From Candidatus Omnitrophota bacterium (GTDB taxonomy: Bacteria > Omnitrophota > Gorgyraeia > 2-01-FULL-45-10): DNA of 34,859 nucleotides. Shown here in pieces: positions 27,307-34,775 of this stretch. Location: NCBI GenBank assembly GCA_030691985.1, contig JAUYDB010000186.1, forward strand, positions 1 through 34,859, given 5' to 3'. Within the stretch, counting starts at the first letter, position 1, and each line of letters begins with the position of its first letter. Below the pieces are notes generated by a model. The model did no database searches. It was not told where the DNA came from and was given only the letters and a program-made list of their open reading frames with translations. The position numbers and the translations under genes are program-made.

Positions 27307-29094
27307 ATGCCATTGAGTCCGAAAAAGATATCCCTGAAAGATGCCTGTGAAGCCCTTCAACTCAATTACGAAAATTTTATATCTCTCCTGAAAGATCATG
27401 ATTCCGACGATCCTGTGTCGGCGTCCGGTGCCGGCATCGACGACCTGACCGACCGGGAAGAGGATGCCATACGCGGGAATATTCACAGGGCTAATGAAAG
27501 CTGGCTCATTACATCCATACTGGGCAGGCTGGATATGGACGATCTGAAATTTGAGGGTGATATCACGTCAAAAGATGCCCGGATACTGGACAACATCGCC
27601 GCATCTTCCGGAAAGAGTGAAAGAAGATTGCTCGGGGAGATTTTACGAGGGGCTCAATCAAAAGTGAAGGATGACCTTGAGAATGAATTCAAGAGGAGGA
27701 TAAAAGGGCAGGACGAGCTTGTCCATTCGCTTCTGATAGCGCTTGTGCTCAATGAGCATTGCCTGCTCGAGGGGCTTCCGGGAGTGGGAAAGACCGAAAT
27801 TGTGAAATGGATAGCGAATGTTACGGGGCTGCCTTTCAGCAGAGTGCAGTTCATCCCCGACATGCTGCCGTCGGATCTGATCGGCAAGGATCATATTGAT
27901 ATATTGAAACTCAACGCGCGCGATCCGAACGCGATCAGTTGGGCAAACGGCCCGATATTTACCAGCATACTGCTCGCGGACGAGATAAACCGCGCCCCGT
28001 CGAAGGTCCAGGCGGCGCTCCTGGAGTCGATGGGTGAAAAGCAGGTTACGCCGTTCGGTAAGATGTCCATGCCGGTATTAAGTCCGCTTCACCAGGCCGC
28101 TCTGGAATTATGGCCCTTGAAATTTCCCGAACTTTTTTCCAAAGCCAAGGCCGAACCCCGCGGATTGATCGGCATGCCCGTTATCCCCGCCCACAGGAAG
28201 GATCTTGCGCAATTTACCGTATTTGCCACAATGGATCCCATAGAACAGGAAGGCACCTATCCGCTTTCAGAGGCGCAGACCGACAGATTCTGTTTTAAAG
28301 TAATCGTCCCTTATCCGCCGAGGGACAGTTATCTGGATATATTGGAAGTGGTATATAGCGGGGAAAAACCTCCTGAGGCGATTGAGCTTAATATGTCTGT
28401 ATTGAAATGCAGGCGGTACTTTGAAAAATACCCGCGCCACATGATCCCCGTTTTACTTCCTCTTTACTTTTTACTGAAGTGCCGCGCCGAAATCCTGCCT
28501 GTCAGGATCGGTAAAGATGAGTGGATGCGCGATAGGCCGTCTAAAAAGTCGGGCGGAAGTTCTGCGGACGATCTCGTGGTAGGCGATCCCCTTTTCTTCT
28601 CCGTCGCGGAAGATCTTGCCGGCAAGTCACCCGATCTGCGTATGAGCCGCACGGAGAGCGGCATATTGCAAAAGATTCACGATGTGGTCTACACGACAAA
28701 CGCCCGCACTATCGGCGCGGGCGAGACACAGGGCGCGCGGCTTTGGTATGATAAAGAGCAGATTGAGATGCGCCAGTACATCTTTGAACAGGAAAGATCC
28801 GGCCGGGACACAAAACGCAAAGAGAGGCTTTCTCGCGTCCTTGAAGAAGAACATTGCCAGTATGTAAAAGCCGGTGGCAGTCCCCGCGCCTTTCTGAAGC
28901 TGGTCGCGGCTTCGCTCTGCCAGGCGTTTCTTGACAGCCGCGACAAAATAGATGAAGAGGATGTCATCAAGGTTATTGACAATGTTCTTCGGCACCGTAT
29001 ACACATGGATGTTCACGCGCGCATGGCCGGCATATCCCCCGAAGACGTTATACACAAGGTTTGCGAGCGTATCCTAAGCCCTGATAATAGGTAA
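27307..29094 (+). CDS. MoxR-family AAA+ ATPase, atypically long (595 aa)
   Basis: Walker A GLPGVGKT (27772-27795) and the MoxR signature FSRVQFIPDMLPSDLIG are present. Walker B ILLADEINRAPSKVQAALLESMGEKQVT, FATMDPIEQEGTYPLSEAQTDRF and the lid motif GGSPRAF...EEDVIKVIDNVLRHRI are also present. Confidence 0.88.
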   Translation: MPLSPKKISLKDACEALQLNYENFISLLKDHDSDDPVSASGAGIDDLTDREEDAIRGNIHRANESWLITSILGRLDMDDLKFEGDITSKDARILDNIAASSGKSERRLLGEILRGAQSKVKDDLENEFKRRIKGQDELVHSLLIALVLNEHCLLEGLPGVGKTEIVKWIANVTGLPFSRVQFIPDMLPSDLIGKDHIDILKLNARDPNAISWANGPIFTSILLADEINRAPSKVQAALLESMGEKQVTPFGKMSMPVLSPLHQAALELWPLKFPELFSKAKAEPRGLIGMPVIPAHRKDLAQFTVFATMDPIEQEGTYPLSEAQTDRFCFKVIVPYPPRDSYLDILEVVYSGEKPPEAIELNMSVLKCRRYFEKYPRHMIPVLLPLYFLLKCRAEILPVRIGKDEWMRDRPSKKSGGSSADDLVVGDPLFFSVAEDLAGKSPDLRMSRTESGILQKIHDVVYTTNARTIGAGETQGARLWYDKEQIEMRQYIFEQERSGRDTKRKERLSRVLEEEHCQYVKAGGSPRAFLKLVAASLCQAFLDSRDKIDEEDVIKVIDNVLRHRIHMDVHARMAGISPEDVIHKVCERILSPDNR

Positions 29095-29127
29095 TAAGGA
29101 AGGCCCCCGCGAGGAAGTTAGAGAGCG

Positions 29128-30234
29128 ATGCCATATACGGAAAGCCTTAAGGCCGTTAACAAGGAGGTTTTAAGGCGTATAAACCGCGAAGTTTCGGTGA
29201 GGGCGTCGCGTTTCGCCAATGCGCTGCTCTCCGGCGTATTCCGCGCGATATTTCAGATTGAAAAGGCGTATGAATTCGCCGAGCCCGCCATTTTTCAGCC
29301 GGAACATGAACCTGACAGGATGCTCTTAAACCGGTTAGACGGATACCGCTTGTCCAACCTGCCTATGGCGATAGCAAACGAAGATGTGCTGGTCTCCCGA
29401 TATCAACTCTTTACAGAATACGATTTTGTCGTAGTGGCCGATGTCAGCCAGTCGATGATGTTGTACTGGTGGGGCATATACGGCGGAGATCCTATGCCCG
29501 GCCATACCGCAGAGGAACTTACCGCCGATGTGGAGGCTCATAAGTGGAAGATCCCCGGTGACAGGACAAAGCTTTTTTTGCTCAAATATACGCTGGCCTC
29601 TTTCCTGCATGCGGCAAGGGCGAACGAATTTTTTTCGTACGTCCTGCTCGCCGGAGACAGCAAGATAGAGCTCTATGATTCCCGCAGGGAGCCGAATCTC
29701 GAAGAGACTCTTTTAAGGAACATAGACGAGCATTATGGAAAGCTTGTCACTAAAGGCGGGGAGGAGAGGCCTCAGCTGCAGGAGGCCCTGCGCCAGGTGC
29801 TTGCGAGGCGCCGCCGCGCGATAGTGCTTTGTATATCGGATTTTAATGACTGTCTTCAGCACATAAATGATAAGGGCGGCGCGCGCCTTTCGCAGAATGA
29901 CATAATACTTCCGCTTGCCGAGATATCATCCCGCCACCGCCTGCTCGTTCTTCAGATAAATCACCGCCTTGAGCACGAGCCGCAGGCTGGTGAGGCGACT
30001 TTTGATGTCAAAAATTGCCCGTATTTGAACGGCGAAATACGTTCGGAGCAAAGAGGCTATGCGGTGAGTGATAGGGATCTGGTCTTATACGGAGAGAAAG
30101 TTGATGCGTGGAAAAAAACGCTCGGTGTGAATTTCGGCAAATTCGGCATAAAATGGCAGAGCCTCAGGGCAGGTAAGGACGACGAAAACGTGGATACGAG
30201 GATTTACGAACTCGGCGTCCAGACAGGGAGATGA
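29128..30234 (+). CDS. DUF58-like / vWA-fold protein, MoxR partner (368 aa)
   Basis: It sits immediately downstream of the MoxR gene, the canonical pairing. A MIDAS-like DxSxS motif (VVVADVSQSM, ~29428-29457) and a later AIVLCISDF strand are typical of DUF58. The usual N-terminal RxYxxGD motif is not evident. Confidence 0.55.
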   Translation: MPYTESLKAVNKEVLRRINREVSVRASRFANALLSGVFRAIFQIEKAYEFAEPAIFQPEHEPDRMLLNRLDGYRLSNLPMAIANEDVLVSRYQLFTEYDFVVVADVSQSMMLYWWGIYGGDPMPGHTAEELTADVEAHKWKIPGDRTKLFLLKYTLASFLHAARANEFFSYVLLAGDSKIELYDSRREPNLEETLLRNIDEHYGKLVTKGGEERPQLQEALRQVLARRRRAIVLCISDFNDCLQHINDKGGARLSQNDIILPLAEISSRHRLLVLQINHRLEHEPQAGEATFDVKNCPYLNGEIRSEQRGYAVSDRDLVLYGEKVDAWKKTLGVNFGKFGIKWQSLRAGKDDENVDTRIYELGVQTGR

Positions 30235-30238
30235 AGAT

Positions 30239-31489
30239 ATGTTCAAGATAGTAAATCAGGATATCCTTCTTCGGCTGAAACTTACTATGGATAGAAAGTC
30301 CTACAGCGTTGTAAATATCTGCGGGGCGCAGGATGCGGGCCAGATCGTTCTTAAGCTGAGATCTGACGAAGGCGGCGGTCTCGCAACCTCTGTTTTTCTT
30401 GCCGACGCGGCAGAGAAGTATTCCGTAGACAACACGGGAAAGACGCTCGGCCAATGGCTTGATGAGGAATTTTTGGGCGCTGAAAGCTGTTTGGAAAACA
30501 TCGTTGATGCGTATGCCGATGCGGACGGCGCGCCGCGTTTGGCCGGAGGTGATGGGATGGCGCAGGCATCGAAGACACGCGCCCTGCTTAATCTGGGAGC
30601 GATCCGGACTCTGGGCAATCGATCAAGAGACGAGGTATTATCCCATCTGAAATCATGGCTGGATGCGGATCGGCATATGTGGCAGACGCGGAAGGTTGGC
30701 ATGGACAAGGAAGCCAGGTCAGAATCGATAGATATAATAGTGATGCCGACAGCGAGATTGGAGGGATTGTTTCTTGAACTTAAAAAAGCAAGGGCAGAGG
30801 CCGAGGCGCGTTCGGTCTCTTTGGATGGGGTCAGTATAAGATTTGAGCCTTTTCTCTGCCGCGCCCTTGAAAGGCATTGGACGGAGGTCTTGAGAGGAGT
30901 TGATATTATTCGCGCTATGGGACGGTCTGACAGCGGCGGAATGCGGGTAGATGCGCAAATCCGGGAGGCAAGCCCGCCTGCGGACATTGCTCATAGTAAG
31001 ATTAATATCGCAAGGACATTCAAACACGGCAAAAAAGACGCAGTTTCCGAAAGCGCGGAACCCAGGAAAATCCGGATTTCCGCCGTAACGGACGGGTATA
31101 AAACAGATATTGCGATAGAGTTATTCTTTTCGGTGGCTGCGAGCAAAACGTTCGCGGCCAGAATTATCACTCATTGCGGTATATCGCGTCTGAACCCTAA
31201 AAAGATTGTAAAACAACTGAAGGCTGGGCTTGAAGGGTATCTTAGCGATATGCAGTGGGCGCTGGATAAGTATTTTAAGGATAACATGATGAGCGTCGCG
31301 TCGTACAGGGGTATGGTATTTCAGGATATCGATGAGTTTAAAAAATGGCTGGGAGCGTCGTCAAACGCGGATGATTATAAAATATGCCGGCTCGGTTCGG
31401 CTGAGCAGAAAGGCGGGCCCCGTATCTTAAGCCGTGAAAATCCAGCCGATATTATAGCCGAGTGGCTTCAGGGCATTGCGGCCGATTAA
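30239..31489 (+). CDS. Hypothetical cytoplasmic protein (416 aa)
   Basis: Starts 4 nt after the upstream stop. No signal peptide or TM segment. No motif recognised. Confidence 0.65.
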   Translation: MFKIVNQDILLRLKLTMDRKSYSVVNICGAQDAGQIVLKLRSDEGGGLATSVFLADAAEKYSVDNTGKTLGQWLDEEFLGAESCLENIVDAYADADGAPRLAGGDGMAQASKTRALLNLGAIRTLGNRSRDEVLSHLKSWLDADRHMWQTRKVGMDKEARSESIDIIVMPTARLEGLFLELKKARAEAEARSVSLDGVSIRFEPFLCRALERHWTEVLRGVDIIRAMGRSDSGGMRVDAQIREASPPADIAHSKINIARTFKHGKKDAVSESAEPRKIRISAVTDGYKTDIAIELFFSVAASKTFAARIITHCGISRLNPKKIVKQLKAGLEGYLSDMQWALDKYFKDNMMSVASYRGMVFQDIDEFKKWLGASSNADDYKICRLGSAEQKGGPRILSRENPADIIAEWLQGIAAD

Positions 31490-31503
31490 TCGAGGAGGAG
31501 AGC

Positions 31504-31638
31504 ATGGAAGGTGTAAAAGTTTTGAGGAGCACTCAGATTATAATCTTAGGCATCTGCGTCGCGTTTGCAGCGATTATCTCCAGCGTGATAATTTCGAAGG
31601 GGAACAGAAGATGTAAACAAAGCGGCGATAATGAATGA
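31504..31638 (+). CDS. Small single-TM membrane peptide (44 aa), not in the supplied ORF track
   Basis: Translated by hand as MEGVKVLRSTQIIILGICVAFAAIISSVIISKGNRRCKQSGDNE. A strong Shine-Dalgarno GAGGAGGAG (31492-31500) lies just upstream of the ATG. The stop overlaps the next ORF start by 8 nt. Confidence 0.55.
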   Translation: MEGVKVLRSTQIIILGICVAFAAIISSVIISKGNRRCKQSGDNE

Positions 31639-32047
31639 TATTAAAAGAATTTCTGCGGTTGCAATTATAATTAATTTTATAGCGCTATTCTCAAGCCATG
31701 CTCAGCCAAATATTCCCCGAGAGAACATTCCGAAGGACGCTTCTGTTGAAATAAGGAAAGAGATTGAAAAGTTATATTCTCCCGATGCCATAGAAAGAGC
31801 CGAGGCAGCTATTCACCTTGGATGGATGGGGAGCAAGGCGGCTCCGGCCATACCATTCCTAAAGGCGATGTTGAACGATAACGCCCCCATAGAGTGGGAA
31901 TACGTCGATATCCCGAGATCCGAGATACCGTTATATAAACCATTCACACCCGGCGAAGAGGCGAAAAGCGCGGTAGAATCAATGCTTAAAGAGATACCAG
32001 GGCAAGATCTCGGACCCAGCCAAACGGCAGGAGTGGCGGGAGACTAA
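31631..32047 (+). CDS. Small secreted HEAT-repeat protein (138 aa)
   Basis: Signal peptide AVAIIINFIALFSSHA-QP. A HEAT/PBS-lyase-like repeat is present (PDAIERAEAAIHLGWMGSKAAPAIPFLKAMLNDNAP). Confidence 0.65.
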   Translation: MNDIKRISAVAIIINFIALFSSHAQPNIPRENIPKDASVEIRKEIEKLYSPDAIERAEAAIHLGWMGSKAAPAIPFLKAMLNDNAPIEWEYVDIPRSEIPLYKPFTPGEEAKSAVESMLKEIPGQDLGPSQTAGVAGD

Positions 32048-32279
32048 CTATGGTGAGGTAGAGCGGCTCCCTAAAAAAGCAGGGGCCAAGGAATAGCATG
32101 GGATGGGGGGCAACTACCTTAGAGCTTGCAAGTCGAGGCGTGTATGAATATAGTCAAAATCATTTGGAATAAATTTTTTATCAGAGATGCCGAAGCGTCT
32201 GTTAACGGGTTAGAGGTTTTTGCCGAAGATCTGTTCAGGGCAGGCGCACGTGTGCTGATTTGCGGAGGAGGCGTTACTA

Positions 32280-32315
32280 ATCATCCCCGAAGTCGTCTCC
32301 GGCATAAATCCCTAA
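32280..32315 (+). pseudogene. Right copy of the direct repeat: orphaned 3' fragment of the MFS gene (IIPEVVSGINP-stop), candidate attR-like junction
   Basis: 28/28 identical, then 34/36 identical, to 6928-6963. The reading frame and TAA stop position are preserved. No MFS similarity is seen upstream of 32280, and an in-frame TGA lies at 32256. Confidence 0.8.
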
Positions 32316-32337
32316 AAAATGGGGGACACCCATTTTA
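32313..32337 (+). terminator. Copy C of the AAAATGGG-GGACA-CCCATTTT hairpin, directly after the orphaned MFS stop codon
   Basis: 24 nt identical to 165-188. The position fits the ancestral terminator of the MFS gene. Confidence 0.45.
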
Positions 32338-32390
32338 CTTTCGGAAGATTGAAGTTGATTTTATGCCTTTATCGTGATATTTTACGGACT

Positions 32391-34139
32391 ATGAGCTATA
32401 TAGTATTCGCGAGAAAATACCGCCCCCAGACCTTTGATGATATCGAAGGTCAGGCCCATGTAACCACCACCCTTAAGAACGCGATCTCACAAAATCGCGT
32501 CGCGCATGCGTATATATTCGCGGGCCCGCGCGGCGTTGGCAAGACCACCACAGCAAGGATTTTTGCCAAGGCGCTCGATTGCGAAAAAGGCCCGACACCC
32601 ATGCCGTGCAACAAATGCGATCTGTGCAAAGAGATAACGCGGGGCTCAAACCTCGACTGCCTTGAGATAGACGGCGCTTCAAACAGGGGAATCGACGAGA
32701 TAAGGAACCTGAGAGAGAACGTTAAATTTGCGCCTTCAAGGGGTAAATTCAAAATCTATATAATCGATGAAGTGCATATGCTTACACCTGAAGCGTTCAA
32801 CGCTCTCCTGAAGACGCTGGAAGAGCCGCCGCCGCACGCTAAATTCATATTCGCGACAACCCAGGCCCATAAAGTCCCCGCAACGATACTTTCAAGATGC
32901 CAGAGGTTCGATTTCAGGAGGATCGCGGCCTCAGGCATATTTAAGAACCTTAAAAGCATTTCCGAAAGCGAAAGCCTGAAGGTGAATGATGACGCGCTTA
33001 TGTTGATAGCGAAACATTGCGACGGGAGCATGCGGGATGCCCAGGTGACGCTGGACCAGATAATGTCATTTGCCGAAGGAACTCTGGGGGCGGAAGACGT
33101 GGCGAAGATCCTTGGTATAGTGGACGACGAGATCCTATTCGGCCTATCCGGGGCCATCAATGAAAAGGACGCCTCAACAGCCCTCAGAATAGTCGACAAT
33201 TTCGTAAATGAAGGCAAAGAGACGCTTGAGGTAGTGCTGGGCCTGATAGAGCATTTCAGGAATATATCGATAGCGAAAATAGGCAAGGAGTTAAACTCTT
33301 TGATAGACACCAGCGCCGAGAAGATAAAGGCTTACGCTGAGGAAGCGAAGAAATTTACCATAGAAGAGGTCCTTTATATAATTTATACGCTTTCCAATAC
33401 AATAGACTTCATAAGAAAGTCTAATCTTTCCAAAATACCGCTTGAGGCCGCCCTCATTAAGCTTACACGGACAGGTTCCATAATGTCGATGGCTGAGATA
33501 ATTGATAGGGTAGACGCGCTTGGGAAGAACTGCGCCCAGGAGAGCGCGGGCTATAAATCATCGGCCGCAGGCCAAAGGGTGGATAAAGCCAAAGCGGTTT
33601 CTTCCACTCCTGCCGTCGATGCCTCGACCAAGCCCGGCATCGATCCCGAGCACAGTCGAGGGATCGAGAGGCCGAAGGGTGTCGCAGCTCCGACGGAAGA
33701 GGCTCCTCCGGAAAGGCGCGAGAATAAAGAAGATCTTAATGAGGCGCTGAGCTCATGGGAGAGCATAGTAAATTATGTTAAGACGAAAAAAATATCGATC
33801 GGGTCATATCTTCAGGAAGGGTATCCTGTGAGCCTGGAGAACGGGATTCTTACAATAGGTTTTTCAAAAGAATTCCAGTTCCACAAAGAGATGCTGGGCT
33901 CATTAGAGAACAGGCGTTTGATCGAAGAGGCCGTCCGGATCATATTGAATCTGGGCCTCAAGGTGAACCTTATAGCGACAGAAACCCCCACCAGCCAGGG
34001 CCGAAACGGCGGCTCCTATGATTTGAGCGGCGGATCCGGCGCGGCGAAGGAAGATATTGACCCGATAGTTAAGACGGCCCTTGATATATTCGACGGGGAG
34101 ATGAAAATCGCAAGAGACCCAAGGCCTAAGCAAAAATGA
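32391..34139 (+). CDS. dnaX: DNA polymerase III subunit gamma/tau (582 aa)
   Basis: The N-terminus MSYIVFARKYRPQTFDDIEGQ is canonical. Walker A GPRGVGKTT, the Zn module CNKCDLCKEI, Walker B YIIDEVHMLT and sensor SRCQRFDF are present. The track start at 32319 lies inside the hairpin repeat and was trimmed. Confidence 0.93.
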   Translation: MSYIVFARKYRPQTFDDIEGQAHVTTTLKNAISQNRVAHAYIFAGPRGVGKTTTARIFAKALDCEKGPTPMPCNKCDLCKEITRGSNLDCLEIDGASNRGIDEIRNLRENVKFAPSRGKFKIYIIDEVHMLTPEAFNALLKTLEEPPPHAKFIFATTQAHKVPATILSRCQRFDFRRIAASGIFKNLKSISESESLKVNDDALMLIAKHCDGSMRDAQVTLDQIMSFAEGTLGAEDVAKILGIVDDEILFGLSGAINEKDASTALRIVDNFVNEGKETLEVVLGLIEHFRNISIAKIGKELNSLIDTSAEKIKAYAEEAKKFTIEEVLYIIYTLSNTIDFIRKSNLSKIPLEAALIKLTRTGSIMSMAEIIDRVDALGKNCAQESAGYKSSAAGQRVDKAKAVSSTPAVDASTKPGIDPEHSRGIERPKGVAAPTEEAPPERRENKEDLNEALSSWESIVNYVKTKKISIGSYLQEGYPVSLENGILTIGFSKEFQFHKEMLGSLENRRLIEEAVRIILNLGLKVNLIATETPTSQGRNGGSYDLSGGSGAAKEDIDPIVKTALDIFDGEMKIARDPRPKQK

Positions 34140-34741
34140 CCGGTTTTCCTGTTTCCATGAGAGCATTGATAGAAGGGTTTTCCAGGATGCCTGGAATCGG
34201 CCCAAAGAGCGCCCAGAGGCTCGCTTTCTATATTCTGAGATCCTCGAAGGCCGAAGCCGAGGCGCTGTCGAAGGCGATCCTGAAAGTTAAAGATTCCGTG
34301 AAGTCCTGCGGCGCCTGCAACAATTTGAGCGATGATGATATTTGCGAGATATGTAAAAGCGCGTCAAGGAACAAGGCTTTACTTTGCGTGGTGGAGGAGC
34401 CTAACGACGTTATTACGATAGAACGCGCCGGTTTTTTTCACGGCCTGTATCACGTGCTTTTAGGATCGCTCTCGCCTCTGGACGGCATAGGGCCGCAGGA
34501 CCTGAAGATAAGGGAGCTTCTAGAAAGGGTTAAGAAAGAAAAGTTCAAGGAGATAATTATAGCGACTGATTTCAATTCAGAAGGCGAGGCGACGGCGCTC
34601 TATCTGTTTAAGGTATTAAAGAATTGCGGCGCAAGGCTGACGAGAGTGGCTTATGGAATACCGGTCGGCGGAGACCTCCAATACGCCGATCAGGCAACAA
34701 TAATAAAGGCCTTCGAAGGCAGGCGTGAGGCTAGTAAATAG
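34136..34741 (+). CDS. recR: Recombination protein RecR (201 aa)
   Basis: HhH motif MPGIGPKSAQRLAFY, C4 zinc finger CGACNNLSDDDICEIC and Toprim region LCVVEEPNDV...IIATDFNSEGEATA are present. ATGA overlap with dnaX. Confidence 0.93.
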   Translation: MTGFPVSMRALIEGFSRMPGIGPKSAQRLAFYILRSSKAEAEALSKAILKVKDSVKSCGACNNLSDDDICEICKSASRNKALLCVVEEPNDVITIERAGFFHGLYHVLLGSLSPLDGIGPQDLKIRELLERVKKEKFKEIIIATDFNSEGEATALYLFKVLKNCGARLTRVAYGIPVGGDLQYADQATIIKAFEGRREASK

Positions 34742-34765
34742 GCTAGTAAATAGGATAGTAAAATA
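34729..34765 (+). repeat. Short tandem repeat, 3 units of 12-13 nt (GGCTAGTAAATA x2, GGATAGTAAAATA), spanning the recR stop
   Basis: Read directly: 34729-34740, 34741-34752 and 34753-34765. Confidence 0.7.
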
Positions 34766-34775
34766 GGATCATTCA

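Noticed and set aside
30301-30987. 228-aa minus-strand ORF opposite the 416-aa island gene
   Set aside because: Its composition is low-complexity and Ser/Ala/Arg-rich. It would break the otherwise uniform same-strand, tightly coupled operon. The plus-strand ORF starts 4 nt after the DUF58-like stop.
32126-32377. 83-aa plus-strand ORF in the gap between the island and dnaX
   Set aside because: It reads through the direct repeat in a different frame from the MFS gene, through the hairpin element, and into the dnaX leader. It has no Shine-Dalgarno. The ARVLICGGG stretch hints at a decayed Rossmann-fold gene fragment, but that is too little to call.
32048-32390. Possible SRP (4.5S) RNA upstream of dnaX, as in Bacillus-type scr-dnaX loci
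   Set aside because: Fragments such as AAGCAGGGGCCAAGG and CAGGGCAGGCGCACGTGTGC loosely recall 4.5S RNA. I could not find the conserved domain IV helix with its GNRA tetraloop and symmetric loop on either strand. A covariance-model scan (Rfam SRP models) would settle it.
32756-33310. 184-aa minus-strand ORF inside dnaX
   Set aside because: It is antisense to a gene with unambiguous clamp-loader motifs.
33786-33792. A7 run in dnaX as a programmed -1 frameshift site producing gamma
   Set aside because: In frame it reads ACG AAA AAA ATA, which is not a canonical X XXY YYZ heptamer. I saw no downstream stem-loop. It lies at codon 466 of 582, inside the C-terminal domain rather than at the domain III/IV boundary. 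The -1 frame does stop within about 14 codons, so it is not impossible, only unsupported.
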